Positions 1 to 8,923 are shown, counted from the first letter of the stretch. The stretch is 32,000 nt of DNA from Methanothermobacter thermautotrophicus str. Delta H (GCF_000008645.1 NC_000916.1:210001-242000), one strand, 5' to 3'. Notes: generated from the letters alone by a model not told the origin. Translations and numbers: made by a program.

Positions 1-486
1 GAGGGGATGAAGGAGGAGCTGGGTGCAGATACCGGGGCTGATCTCTACGGGAGGTTAAAGGAATTTGATGCCGTGCTCTTTGCTGACAGGTTCCATGACA
101 GCCATGAATTCTCCAGCTTCTCCGGTTTCAGCCAGTGGACCAGAAATGGGGGCCTGGAGCCACTCAGGTTTTACCTTAAATGTGCAGGGGAGTACCTCAA
201 AAACAGGAGGGTCCTTGCGGAGGTCAACATCATCTTTCAGACAGCATGGAGGTTTTACTTCAGGGGTAAAAAGTATGACCTCTTCACTGATATCCCGGTT
301 ATTTCTTCTCTCCTGTTTCATACACTTTCAATCCCCTTCAGGGCGGTGAAAATAGATTACAGTAGAAAGGAAACCTTAAATATTATAAGGGCCCACCTTG
401 ATGCTGATGAATCTGAGATCCAGAGACTGATTGACCTCTACGGCTGCAGACCAAGGATCATAATGGAGAAGCTGGGATCATGCTGA
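1..486 (+). CDS. Hypothetical protein, probably the 3' part of a gene entering the window (frame is open to base 1)
   Basis: Open frame from base 1 through the ORF 7..486; no recognisable motif; overlaps the next ORF by a few nt. Confidence 0.5.
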   Translation, partial: EGMKEELGADTGADLYGRLKEFDAVLFADRFHDSHEFSSFSGFSQWTRNGGLEPLRFYLKCAGEYLKNRRVLAEVNIIFQTAWRFYFRGKKYDLFTDIPVISSLLFHTLSIPFRAVKIDYSRKETLNIIRAHLDADESEIQRLIDLYGCRPRIIMEKLGSC

Positions 487-1265
487 GGACACTCCTTCGT
501 TCAACAAGGATGAGCTGGGGCGCCAAGAACATCCACATGTACCTCCTTGCACTCACCTATGCATCGGCTGCAGACCCCTTCAGATTCCTTGCCGGGCTAC
601 TCCTTGTCACATTACTCTGGGGTGCCCTTTACTCACTGAATGACCTCACAGACATTGATAATGATAGAAAGGACAGGATGAAGAGGAAGAGGCCCTTCAT
701 AGAGAACCATGTGGATCCCCGGAAGGTGCTGCTCTTTGTGGGTCTCCTCCTTCTGGTGTCCCTTGCTGGGGCCTGTCTCCTGGACAGGGTATTCTGTCTG
801 ATACTCCTTCTGATGGTCCTGAACCAGTTCCTGTACACACTGCCGCCTGTGAGGCTTAAGGATACTGTCATCGCCCCCCTTGCAAGCACCGCAACAAACA
901 CAGTCCTGAGACTTGCATCTGCCGCTGTACTCCTGGGGGGTCTCCTGGTGGTACCTGTACCCGTATATGTGCTCATGTACCTGGCGGGTATGGGGACATA
1001 CCTCATGTACAAGGAGATGCGCGGCCTCACAACTCTGGTGTCCACGGCATTCTGCATTTTACTTGCCTTCTCTTACCTCTGGGGGTATATCAGCATCCTC
1101 CAGATTCTCCTGGTCATAGTACCACCCTTCCTTGCAACGGTACCCCTCTATCTCTCAAACTTCCGGGACAGGGAGCGCATGGTTGAGGTGGCCGATGTGA
1201 TCTATCACAGGGTTCTTGTGACCATATACATGATATGCATACTTGTGCTCCTCTTCCTGAGGTGA
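480..1265 (+). CDS. UbiA-family prenyltransferase-like integral membrane protein
   Basis: Multiple hydrophobic segments and the motif NDLTDIDNDRKD(R)xxRKRP, which matches the UbiA NDxxDxxxD signature. Confidence 0.75.
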   Translation: MLRTLLRSTRMSWGAKNIHMYLLALTYASAADPFRFLAGLLLVTLLWGALYSLNDLTDIDNDRKDRMKRKRPFIENHVDPRKVLLFVGLLLLVSLAGACLLDRVFCLILLLMVLNQFLYTLPPVRLKDTVIAPLASTATNTVLRLASAAVLLGGLLVVPVPVYVLMYLAGMGTYLMYKEMRGLTTLVSTAFCILLAFSYLWGYISILQILLVIVPPFLATVPLYLSNFRDRERMVEVADVIYHRVLVTIYMICILVLLFLR

Positions 1266-1423
1266 TGCAGATTATCATTCAGGATTTTTTAGGGTTGGGG
1301 GTGTTAAAGGTTGTCTCTCCTGCCCTCTATTTCAGGAGAGTCCTGATTTTTCTGGAGAGGTGAGGAACTTCATCTGCAGTCAGATATGCAAAAAAACTAA
1401 TATTTGGAAGAGTTCAGAACCCT

Positions 1424-1810
1424 TCATTCAGTGAAATGCGCTCTGAAAATTTCCTTGAGGATCCCCCAGCAGAATTTGCATGCGGGTGTCTGGAGGAACC
1501 CTGCAACTCTAAAATCACTCTTATTAAACCTTTGAGATTCTGGCTCAATCACCTTTTTATTGTCTGAAAAAATGCCGAAGATGACCAGCAGGTAAGCTAT
1601 GATCCGGATTATTATAAGTGCCACCGCACCACTTGGGTATCCTGCCAGCTGGGCTAGATGTGATACTCCAAATAAGCCGAAGGCTATTCCGATGTAAAGG
1701 AGCAGCGGACTTTCAAGTTTCCTGAAGCCCAGGTATCCCATTACAAGGATTATCATGCAGAATATAAAATTAATGGTAAGCACAGGTTCCATGATAAATG
1801 CCATCTTCAA
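1424..1810 (-). CDS. Small integral membrane protein, unknown function
   Basis: 128 aa with 3 hydrophobic helices (FIFCMIILVMGYLGF, LLLYIGIAFGLFGVSHL, VALIIIRIIAYLLVIFGIF). Confidence 0.5.
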   Translation of the reverse strand: MKMAFIMEPVLTINFIFCMIILVMGYLGFRKLESPLLLYIGIAFGLFGVSHLAQLAGYPSGAVALIIIRIIAYLLVIFGIFSDNKKVIEPESQRFNKSDFRVAGFLQTPACKFCWGILKEIFRAHFTE

Positions 1811-2026
1811 TCACCCCCTTTATAATTAATAGTAACATTCTCTATTTCCTATTATTTAATATCTGCAGTTTTCGTCTCACAGGAGATCTCAGGATCTTAA
1901 AAAGTAGGATTCATGAAAACTGGTCCTCATGGGTATGGGGGTATGGAACTGATCAGTTTATCAGCCAGCGAAGATGATACCAGCAGCTCATGTTCCTCTC
2001 ATTAAATGAAGAAAATTAGAATTTTA

Positions 2027-3211
2027 TTAGAAGAGTTTTCCGAGTTTGAGCAGAGCCTTTGGCGAAACCTTTATGAGCTTCTTCACAAGCTCGGTGGTGC
2101 TCACCTTCTCAAATTCAACGTCCTGGAAGGCCTCTGCAATTGAGTCGAGCTCACTGTCACTGAGTGTAAGCAGGTACTCCTTGACCTTGAGATACTTTGA
2201 TATCTCATCCCCGATCTCTTCACGGCAGAGCCTCTCATACTCACCGAGCCGCCTGGCAGTTACATCACCCTCAGAGACAGCTGCAGCTGCAACCTGGCCT
2301 GCGAGCATACCCCCCTTCATACCGCTTATTATACCTCCACCTGTGAGGGGGTTGACCTGACCTGCGGCGTCACCCACAACCATGAGGCTGTCGGCCACCA
2401 GTTTCTTTGGCATGCCACCAACCGGGTCACCTCCAATGTTGAGTTCAACCGGCTGCGCGTTCCTGGTGGCAGGGCATGATTCAACGAACTCAAGGAGGTG
2501 CTCATAGGCGCTCTTATCGGTCTCTGTTGAAAGAACCCCAAGGCCAACATTGGCGATGTCATCGCCTTCGGGAATATCCAGGGCATAACCGCCAGGAGCA
2601 ACGCTTCCAAAGTAGAACTCTATACAGTTGTTGTCCTCCATCTCAACACCGACCATCTCAAACTGGGCCGCTGACTCCATATCCTTCGGCCTTGTGGCTG
2701 TGTTGAGGCCGGCCCACCTTGCAACCCTTGATTCGGGTCCATCTGCAGCGATGACTATCCTGGCCTTTATCTCAAATTTCTCTCCCATGCACTCTGCACT
2801 TACAAGGTAGCCGTCATCGGTCCTCTCCATTCCGGTTGCAATGGTCTTCACCATTATCCTGGAGCCGGCCCTTGCAGCGTCCATGGCCATGAATTTGTCG
2901 AAGACCTTCCTCTCAAGGATGTAACCTGCCTCAGGGAGCTCGACCTTATCGGATGTTAACCATACATCGGTGCCGTTTGGTGAAACCATGCGGACACCGT
3001 CGAGTTTCTTTGTGATCCAGCGGGGGTTTGGCTCTATACCCAGGGATTCAAGGCCCCCTATGGACACGCCCTCAGCACACCTCTTCGGGGCTCCTATCTC
3101 TGATTTCTTGTCTATAAGGAGTACATCGGCTCCTCCAAGGGCTGCATGTTTTGCTGCGGTTGAACCGGCTGGTCCGGCTCCGATTACAAGTACATCCACT
3201 TCAGTCACCAT
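2027..3211 (-). CDS. Digeranylgeranylglycerophospholipid reductase / geranylgeranyl reductase family flavoprotein
   Basis: N-terminal FAD motif VDVLVIGAGPAGSTAAKHAA; RCAEGVS; VVGDAAGQVNPLTGGGIISGMKGG. Start is either ATG 3211 or GTG 3220. Confidence 0.9.
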   Translation of the reverse strand: MVTEVDVLVIGAGPAGSTAAKHAALGGADVLLIDKKSEIGAPKRCAEGVSIGGLESLGIEPNPRWITKKLDGVRMVSPNGTDVWLTSDKVELPEAGYILERKVFDKFMAMDAARAGSRIMVKTIATGMERTDDGYLVSAECMGEKFEIKARIVIAADGPESRVARWAGLNTATRPKDMESAAQFEMVGVEMEDNNCIEFYFGSVAPGGYALDIPEGDDIANVGLGVLSTETDKSAYEHLLEFVESCPATRNAQPVELNIGGDPVGGMPKKLVADSLMVVGDAAGQVNPLTGGGIISGMKGGMLAGQVAAAAVSEGDVTARRLGEYERLCREEIGDEISKYLKVKEYLLTLSDSELDSIAEAFQDVEFEKVSTTELVKKLIKVSPKALLKLGKLF

Positions 3212-3216
3212 GATGA

Positions 3217-3378
3217 TCACCTCTCAAGGGCCCTGACCGGGCACACCTGTATGCATATGTTGCATTCCCTGCACTCATCCTCTCTGAATTTGAGGGATGT
3301 CTCCCTAACCTCTATGAGGTTCCGTGGGCATACACCTGCACATTCCCCACAGAACATACACCATTCCTTAACCTTCAT
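3217..3378 (-). CDS. Small 2x[4Fe-4S] ferredoxin (53 aa), not in supplied ORF track
   Basis: Hand translation: MKVKEWCMFCGECAGVCPRNLIEVRETSLKFREDECRECNICIHVCPVRALER*. It has two CxxCxxCxxxCP motifs. The stop overlaps the GTG start option of the downstream reductase. Confidence 0.9.
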   Translation of the reverse strand: MKVKEWCMFCGECAGVCPRNLIEVRETSLKFREDECRECNICIQVCPVRALER

Positions 3379-3490
3379 GGTTATCAACCTAAAATCAATT
3401 CTTCAGATCATGAATCTTTTATCATGGGGTTGCTTATACTTTGGGGTTAACCCTTTATAGTTCCTAATCTTTCACTGGAGGAGTATTTAT

Positions 3491-3600
3491 ATGTTTATAT
3501 GTTATGGCTCTGTTTGCGGGAACTGCCTCATCCTATGTTTATATGTTATGGCTCTGTTTGCGGGAACTGCCTCATCCTATGTTTATATGTTATGGCTCTG
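3491..3600 (+). repeat. 44-bp direct tandem repeat, two perfect copies plus a third partial/diverged copy
   Basis: ATGTTTATATGTTATGGCTCTGTTTGCGGGAACTGCCTCATCCT at 3491-3534 and 3535-3578, then ATGTTTATATGTTATGGCTCTG at 3579-3600 followed by degenerate similarity. Confidence 0.95.
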
Positions 3601-3709
3601 ATTCGGGACCGGCATCAGCTACTGCCTTGATAGGAGATGGGAGCACTCAGGTCAACCTCGCGAAAATTATAAATCCAGTCACTGACAATAATTATTAGGG
3701 AGGTTAATT

Positions 3710-4210
3710 ATGAAGAAGATTTTATTTCTGGTTCTTGTGGCCGCAACGGTGCTTGTATAGGGTTGTGTGAGTGAGGAACCCCAGTATAAGAGTTTCTCTG
3801 AGGGAACACTGAACTTCACCTATCCTGCGGCATGGGAGACATTTAACCCTGAGAATGCCCAGAGTGCCTTCACAAAGGAACCCGGAATTTCAAAGGATGT
3901 TATAGTCTATGTGGGTAACAGCAGTCATGATTTTGCCGCTGCAAAGGTCACGGCACGATCAGGTTACTACCTCAAGGACGTCGAGACAGTAAAAAATCAG
4001 ATGGCTAAAAATGAGGGTGTTACATCTGCAGAGATACGCAGTATAGCGGGGCGTAACGCTGCAGTGGTAACAGCCACGGACTCAACAACGCGCACCACCT
4101 TCGTTTACCTGAAGCTCAGCAGGACCAGTGGCTATGCCTTCATGTATGAGGGCCCACTATCTGATACTGCAACCCTTGAGGCCATACTCAGCAGTGTCAG
4201 GATAACATAA
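3710..4210 (+). pseudogene. PsbP-related/lipoprotein-like gene with an in-frame TAG inside the signal peptide lipobox
   Basis: ATG 3710 reads MKKILFLVLVAATVLV-TAG(3758-3760)-GCVSEEPQYKSFSEGTLNFTYPAAWETF... in one continuous frame with the 147-aa ORF 3767..4210. Confidence 0.7.
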
Positions 4211-4220
4211 ACCCTCTCTT

Positions 4221-6290
4221 TTATTTTTTCTGGTTCAGTACCATCATGACCTCTGACATGAATTCATTCTCCCCCAGACGTTTCATTGTGGCTGCAAGCC
4301 TCTCCCTCTGGGGCTTATCTGCGCAACTCCCGTACACATCCAGGACGGCGTCTATGCAGTCAAGTATTTCACCGGGATCATCAATGCGCATGCTCAGACC
4401 CTCCCTGAGTTCTCTTCCAGCTTTACCGCCAATGTAGAGCACATAACCCTTATCCTTAACCTCCCTTGCGCTGTGCGGACATGATTTTATGCACTTCCCG
4501 CAGCCCACACAGAGGTCATAGCTGGTGTAGGATGTCTCCCCCCTTACGCTGACTGCCTCAACCTTGCAGACCTCTTCACATCTTCCGCAGCCATTGCAGA
4601 GATCCTCAGAGGTTACGGGAAATTCGACACCCACCACTCCAATGTCATGTATCTGGGGCCTCATGCACTTGTTAGGACATCCGCTTACAGCTATCTTGAA
4701 TTTGTAGGGGGCTGGTCTCTCCCTGAACCGTTCCTCGATTGCGGTGCAGATCTCCTCTGTGTCTATGATCCCCGTTCCGCAGTTCTCCTTACCCGGACAT
4801 GCGAGGGTTGCCCTTACAAGGGGGCCCTCTGAACCTGTGAGGAGACCGGCGGAGTTCAGTTCATTGACGGCGTCTTCAACATCAAAGCCATTTATTCCGT
4901 GGAGTTCATAGGATCCCCTGTTGGTGATTTTGATCCTTGCACCGTATTTCTCTGCCACCTGAACGATGTCCATGATTCTGTCGGGGCTGTACCATCCTGC
5001 TGGATGTGCCCTTATCCTTATGAAGTATGTTCCATCAGCCCTCTCTGAGACCCCCGGGTGATCTGAGGTCCAGTAGAAGGATATGTAATCACCGTTTTCT
5101 CTTCTTTTCTCAATTTCCCTTCTGAATCTTTTTAGCTTCAGTTTCCTCAGCCTTTCGATGGCCTCCCTGTCTGCGCCCTCCAGCAGATCCAGGGCCTCCC
5201 TGATTTCAGCACCCCTATCTGTCCTTATTATGACGGTTGAGTACCCATCAGGGCTTCCGGCAGAGCCTATGGAGACGTCTGCAAGTTCAGCATCGAAGTC
5301 CCTGCAGAGCCTGCAGCCATCACAGAGCCCTATCCTGCTGAGTTCAATGGTGCGTTCACCTCCATCGAGATGGACAACCATTTTACCTCTTCGGATGTCG
5401 AACTTTTTGACTTCGCTGATATCAATGCCCTCATCCATGAGTGCCTCCCTGAGGTCAGTGTATTCGAATTTCTCTGTGCAGAAGAGGCCTATGAGGTACC
5501 TTATCTCGGGGAGCTTCACGGGTCTGCCGCTCCTTCCAAGTTCAGGGTCATGCTTTGCAAGGTATGGGAAGTACTGAAGCTTACGCAGTCCATTGATCTG
5601 GCATGGCAGCGCAACAACCGCCACACTCTCAAGGCCAAGTTCTGATGCTGTTTTAAGTGCTTCAAGGGTTGATATGCTGTACTTTGAACCGCTCGTTGCT
5701 TCGAGGTCATCTGTGCTCTGGACAACCAGCGATACTGGTTTCCATTTTTCATGACCCACAACTATGGCGCCGTCTATCCGGTCATTCTCCATGAGGTACC
5801 TCAGGAAGGATGTTACCACTCCACCGTCCTGCCCCCTGGCAGTGCCCCTTCCGTAGAGGATCTCCTCCCTGAAGTTTTCACGTATCCCTATCTGGTATTT
5901 GCCTGATGACACCCGGGGGCATACCTCGAAGCACATCCCGTGACCATTTCTCAGGCATTCCTCTGTTAGTTCGGGTCTGCCATTGAATGTCAGGATGTTG
6001 TTGGGACATATCACTGCACAGGTCCCGCACCTTGCACAGATCCCACCATCGACGATTCCCTCCAGTTTCCATTTTCTGATTGATGGGTACATTCTCGCAA
6101 GTTTTTCGGGGGATCCCATACGTGAAATGGCCTCCAGGATCACATCCTCATTCACGCTGGTTTTTCTGCTGGCTGCTATCGCCTCTGCGCTGTCAAGTAT
6201 ATGTGTTTCCAGTTCACGTGCAACCTCCTCCCTCTCCTCAGGGGGCATCCTTCTGGTCACAGCTGCTATGAATTCATCAACTTTATTCAT
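4221..6290 (-). CDS. F420-dependent sulfite reductase-like (Fsr-type) fusion: N-terminal HAAS/DUF1700-like segment, ferredoxin, FrhB/FpoF-like F420 domain, and siroheme sulfite/nitrite reductase domain with 2x[4Fe-4S]
   Basis: ICARCGTCAVICPNN; FrhB-like GQDGGVVTSFLRYLMENDRIDGAIVV...LPCQINGLRKLQ; siroheme/4Fe-4S motif CPGKENC ... CPNKC; LCNGCGRCEEVCKVEAV and LCVGCGKCIKSCPHSA. Confidence 0.85.
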   Translation of the reverse strand: MNKVDEFIAAVTRRMPPEEREEVARELETHILDSAEAIAASRKTSVNEDVILEAISRMGSPEKLARMYPSIRKWKLEGIVDGGICARCGTCAVICPNNILTFNGRPELTEECLRNGHGMCFEVCPRVSSGKYQIGIRENFREEILYGRGTARGQDGGVVTSFLRYLMENDRIDGAIVVGHEKWKPVSLVVQSTDDLEATSGSKYSISTLEALKTASELGLESVAVVALPCQINGLRKLQYFPYLAKHDPELGRSGRPVKLPEIRYLIGLFCTEKFEYTDLREALMDEGIDISEVKKFDIRRGKMVVHLDGGERTIELSRIGLCDGCRLCRDFDAELADVSIGSAGSPDGYSTVIIRTDRGAEIREALDLLEGADREAIERLRKLKLKRFRREIEKRRENGDYISFYWTSDHPGVSERADGTYFIRIRAHPAGWYSPDRIMDIVQVAEKYGARIKITNRGSYELHGINGFDVEDAVNELNSAGLLTGSEGPLVRATLACPGKENCGTGIIDTEEICTAIEERFRERPAPYKFKIAVSGCPNKCMRPQIHDIGVVGVEFPVTSEDLCNGCGRCEEVCKVEAVSVRGETSYTSYDLCVGCGKCIKSCPHSAREVKDKGYVLYIGGKAGRELREGLSMRIDDPGEILDCIDAVLDVYGSCADKPQRERLAATMKRLGENEFMSEVMMVLNQKK

Positions 6291-6619
6291 TGATCAACCT
6301 CCGTAAGGTCTTCAAGGGACCTGTTTATTGATCTGAAGAGTTCAAGCCACTTTTTTCTGACTCTCTTCCCGTAATCTGTCACAGTATAGTATTTCCTTGG
6401 TCGTGTGTCGTCCGTGCTCCACCTGCTGCTGAGGATTCCCTCCCCTTCAAGTCTTCTAAGGAGGGGGTATAGGGTTCCTTCCTCGACGCGAAATCCGGAT
6501 TCTTTGAGTTTTTTAACAATTTCGTATCCGTATCTCTCATTTTCAAGTAGACAGATCACTTCAAGCTGTATTGCGCCGCGCCTCAGCTCCCTTTCAAATC
6601 TTTCACAGACACTGCTCAT
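6287..6619 (-). CDS. PadR-family transcriptional regulator
   Basis: LEVICLLENERYGYEIVKKLKESGFRVEEGTLYPLLRRLEGEGILSSRW...RPRKYYTVTDYGK is a canonical PadR wHTH. Stop overlaps the start of the downstream CDS (ATGA). ATG at 6619 is preferred over the longer ORF start at 6661. Confidence 0.9.
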   Translation of the reverse strand: MSSVCERFERELRRGAIQLEVICLLENERYGYEIVKKLKESGFRVEEGTLYPLLRRLEGEGILSSRWSTDDTRPRKYYTVTDYGKRVRKKWLELFRSINRSLEDLTEVDQ

Positions 6620-6642
6620 TGGATGATCCCTCACATGATATG

Positions 6643-6656
6643 GCACATATATGTGC
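6643..6656. promoter_or_regulatory. Perfect 14-bp palindrome just upstream of padR; candidate operator
   Basis: GCACATATATGTGC is self-complementary, about 24 nt upstream of the PadR ATG, with TATATAAA further upstream. Confidence 0.4.
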
Positions 6657-6700
6657 TGCACACAGTACCTTGTACCACACAGTATATAAACCTTGTCACG

Positions 6701-6846
6701 CAGGGAGTGCCTTCACCAGAAACAGGGATCTCAAAGGATGCTTAAAGTAATATGAAGCTTCTGCAGAGATCACCGCACCATCAGCTTATTACCGCAGGGA
6801 CTTTGAGACCCTAAAGAATCAGATGGCCAGGAAGGAGGGCGTTACA
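6701..6846 (+). pseudogene. Degraded fragment paralogous to the PsbP-like gene at 3710..4210
   Basis: YEASAEITAPSAYYRRDFETLKNQMARKEGVTSADA aligns with HDFAAAKVTARSGYYLKDVETVKNQMAKNEGVTSAEI. Upstream DNA GAGTGCCTTCACC...CTCAAAGGATG matches GAGTGCCTTCAC...TTCAAAGGATG. Confidence 0.75.
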
Positions 6847-6920
6847 TCTGCAGATGCTAGCCAATCCAGAGTGTATCAGAAACAGCTGATAGGACACCCG
6901 TGTAGGGATCCTGAATCTCA

Positions 6921-7847
6921 TCAGATCCCATTTTTTATTCCTCCAAAGTTCTGGAGGATTTCAATTTCTTCTTCAGATAGTTCAGGGACACCCTTTATGA
7001 TCACAGGTATTTCGCTGATTGGCTTTGCCCTTGTCACATCATTTTGGAGTTTCTGATATACAGCATCTATGGCCCAGCCATAGTTAAGGTCATCTGCTTC
7101 GGTGATCCAGAGGGTGTCGATGTCTGCGTTTCTCGCATTTTTTGTTTTCTCATCCCACATGCTGATGAATAACCTGTCTTCCTGTCTCCATGAGTATTCA
7201 GCATCACCGATTATACCCACAACCTCCTTTACACCATCCTCAAGGAACTTTGAGTGACCGCAGACGCGGCAGACCACGAACTGGCCCTCCCGGGTGTGGA
7301 TTTTCTTTGGTCTGAAGAGGTCCCTCCCGCATATCAGTGTCCCGTAATTATCCTTCAGGGGCCTCTGAGCCTTCTTCAGTTTCTCAATGGCCTTCCTGGT
7401 AGCTACCCTGACAGTTTCATGGGGGTCGTTGAGGGCTTCCCTCAGTGCATCAAGGACCACGGCGTCCCCTGTCTCTCCAAGGTAATCTGCGGCCCTGGCC
7501 CTCACCTCTGGATCAGAGGAGTCCCTGAGGTATCCAGTGATCTTTTTAATTACATCCCCGTATTCAGGGCTCTCAGGGTCAAGTCCGTCCCTCAAGCCAT
7601 TCAGGGCGATCATATCACCATTTATGGGCGGCACTGTTTTGGCGGAAGCATGGGTTCCGGGATGCTCCTGCTGATCAGGGGAGCCTGAAATACCTACCAA
7701 GAACAATAAGAGAACAATGATGGCTATCAGGGCCAGATAACCCCACACACCTATCCATGATATTATTAGATAGGATACAAAAAGGATTACAATCAGAAAT
7801 AGACAGCCAGCGCAGGTATCCTCTCCTTCCATAGACACCACCCTCAA
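6921..7847 (-). CDS. Membrane-anchored HEAT/PBS-lyase repeat protein
   Basis: Two N-terminal TM helices, then DPEVRARAADYLGETGDAVVLDALREALNDPHETVRVATRKAIEKL, then a CxxCG..C-type segment (LICGRDLF...VVCRVCGHSKF). Confidence 0.7.
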   Translation of the reverse strand: MRVVSMEGEDTCAGCLFLIVILFVSYLIISWIGVWGYLALIAIIVLLLFLVGISGSPDQQEHPGTHASAKTVPPINGDMIALNGLRDGLDPESPEYGDVIKKITGYLRDSSDPEVRARAADYLGETGDAVVLDALREALNDPHETVRVATRKAIEKLKKAQRPLKDNYGTLICGRDLFRPKKIHTREGQFVVCRVCGHSKFLEDGVKEVVGIIGDAEYSWRQEDRLFISMWDEKTKNARNADIDTLWITEADDLNYGWAIDAVYQKLQNDVTRAKPISEIPVIIKGVPELSEEEIEILQNFGGIKNGI

Positions 7848-7981
7848 CTTTTACAGTGTGATGATTAGATTAAATTTCATTCATCTAATAAAGTTAACTA
7901 ATCATCATTTTATAAATAAAGTTAAAAACAATTAAAGTATAATCATACCATAATGTGGTTCAGTTAATTTATGGTGATTCT

Positions 7982-8908
7982 ATGAGTGGACTTAAATTCT
8001 CGCCGGTTGAGTTTGAAAGGGAGATTCAGGCAAGGGAGATGGCATTATCGGGTATAGCCAGTTCAAGGACCAGGATTGAGGGTCTGAAGTCGGAGATACT
8101 GAGAAACCTGGATGAAATTCCTGATGGGGCATGGAAGAGGTCTCCTGAAATTGCGGGGGTGAAATCCTGGATTAATGGGGCCACGGATGTATATATCGAC
8201 AGCACGATGAACAGCAACGAACTCCAGAAAATTGAGAGTGACCTCAAACGTACTGAGAAGATGGCCAGGGAACTGCTGGGGACCGTGGTCGATATAAAGG
8301 TTAAGGCCAGAAGGGAAAGGAGGGTCATGTTAAAACTTGAGAGTATCAATGCAGGATTTAATTGGAAAAAGGACCTTCTTGAGAAGTGGAAGTCTTCGGA
8401 TTCAGAGAGGTTCAGGGAGAAGATTGAGAGGGCCATGGAGGCCGTGAAAAGGGGGGACTTCAGCGGGGCCGAAACCAGGATTCCAGGTCTTGAAGATGAA
8501 CTGAGAGACCTCATCGAGGAAGCCGAGAAACTCGAATCAAACGACAGGATGCGCAGGCATGTTCTCTCTTCCGTTAAAGAGGTCGCTGAAAGGATGGGCT
8601 GGAAGGAAGTTTCAGAACCATACCTTGAGGATGATAAGGACCCATCCAGCCCCCTCATATATGAGCTGAAATCATATTCCGCGGGAAAGATGCGCTTTTC
8701 ACTTACCATGGACAGAATAGATGTTGAATCACCATTTTCAGCTGAAGATGGAGCCTGTTATGAACAGTTCGACAGATTCTCAGAGAAACTCCAGGAATAT
8801 GGTATCCGGACAAAATTCGAAGGGAACCAGGGAGGACCCAGGAATAAACCAGTCTTAAAGGAGAAGAAAGCAAAGAGGCTTCCAGAAAGTCGCATGAGAA
8901 GGATATGA
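7982..8908 (+). CDS. Coiled-coil-rich hypothetical protein, first gene of the AAA+/GTPase cluster
   Basis: Charged helical sequence with Glu/Lys/Arg-rich blocks; 15-nt gap to the AAA+ gene; same strand. Confidence 0.6.
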   Translation: MSGLKFSPVEFEREIQAREMALSGIASSRTRIEGLKSEILRNLDEIPDGAWKRSPEIAGVKSWINGATDVYIDSTMNSNELQKIESDLKRTEKMARELLGTVVDIKVKARRERRVMLKLESINAGFNWKKDLLEKWKSSDSERFREKIERAMEAVKRGDFSGAETRIPGLEDELRDLIEEAEKLESNDRMRRHVLSSVKEVAERMGWKEVSEPYLEDDKDPSSPLIYELKSYSAGKMRFSLTMDRIDVESPFSAEDGACYEQFDRFSEKLQEYGIRTKFEGNQGGPRNKPVLKEKKAKRLPESRMRRI

Positions 8909-8923
8909 TGGAGATGTTGATCC

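Noticed and set aside
3504-3698. 64-aa ORF MALFAGTASSYVYMLW...
   Set aside because: Lies inside the 44-bp tandem repeat, whose unit is not a multiple of three, and the sequence is read in shifting frames; no domain logic. Treated as spurious.
3758-3760. TAG as pyrrolysine codon
   Set aside because: No Pyl machinery is visible, and Pyl is not expected in this lineage; a lipobox position is an implausible site. Nonsense mutation, sequencing error or reinitiation is more likely.
5158-5577. 139-aa plus-strand ORF inside the reductase gene
   Set aside because: Ser/Pro-rich antisense shadow of the fused reductase.
8026-8709. 227-aa minus-strand ORF (Ser-rich)
   Set aside because: Exact antisense shadow of the coiled-coil gene; Ser/Leu-rich composition is typical of antisense ORFs.
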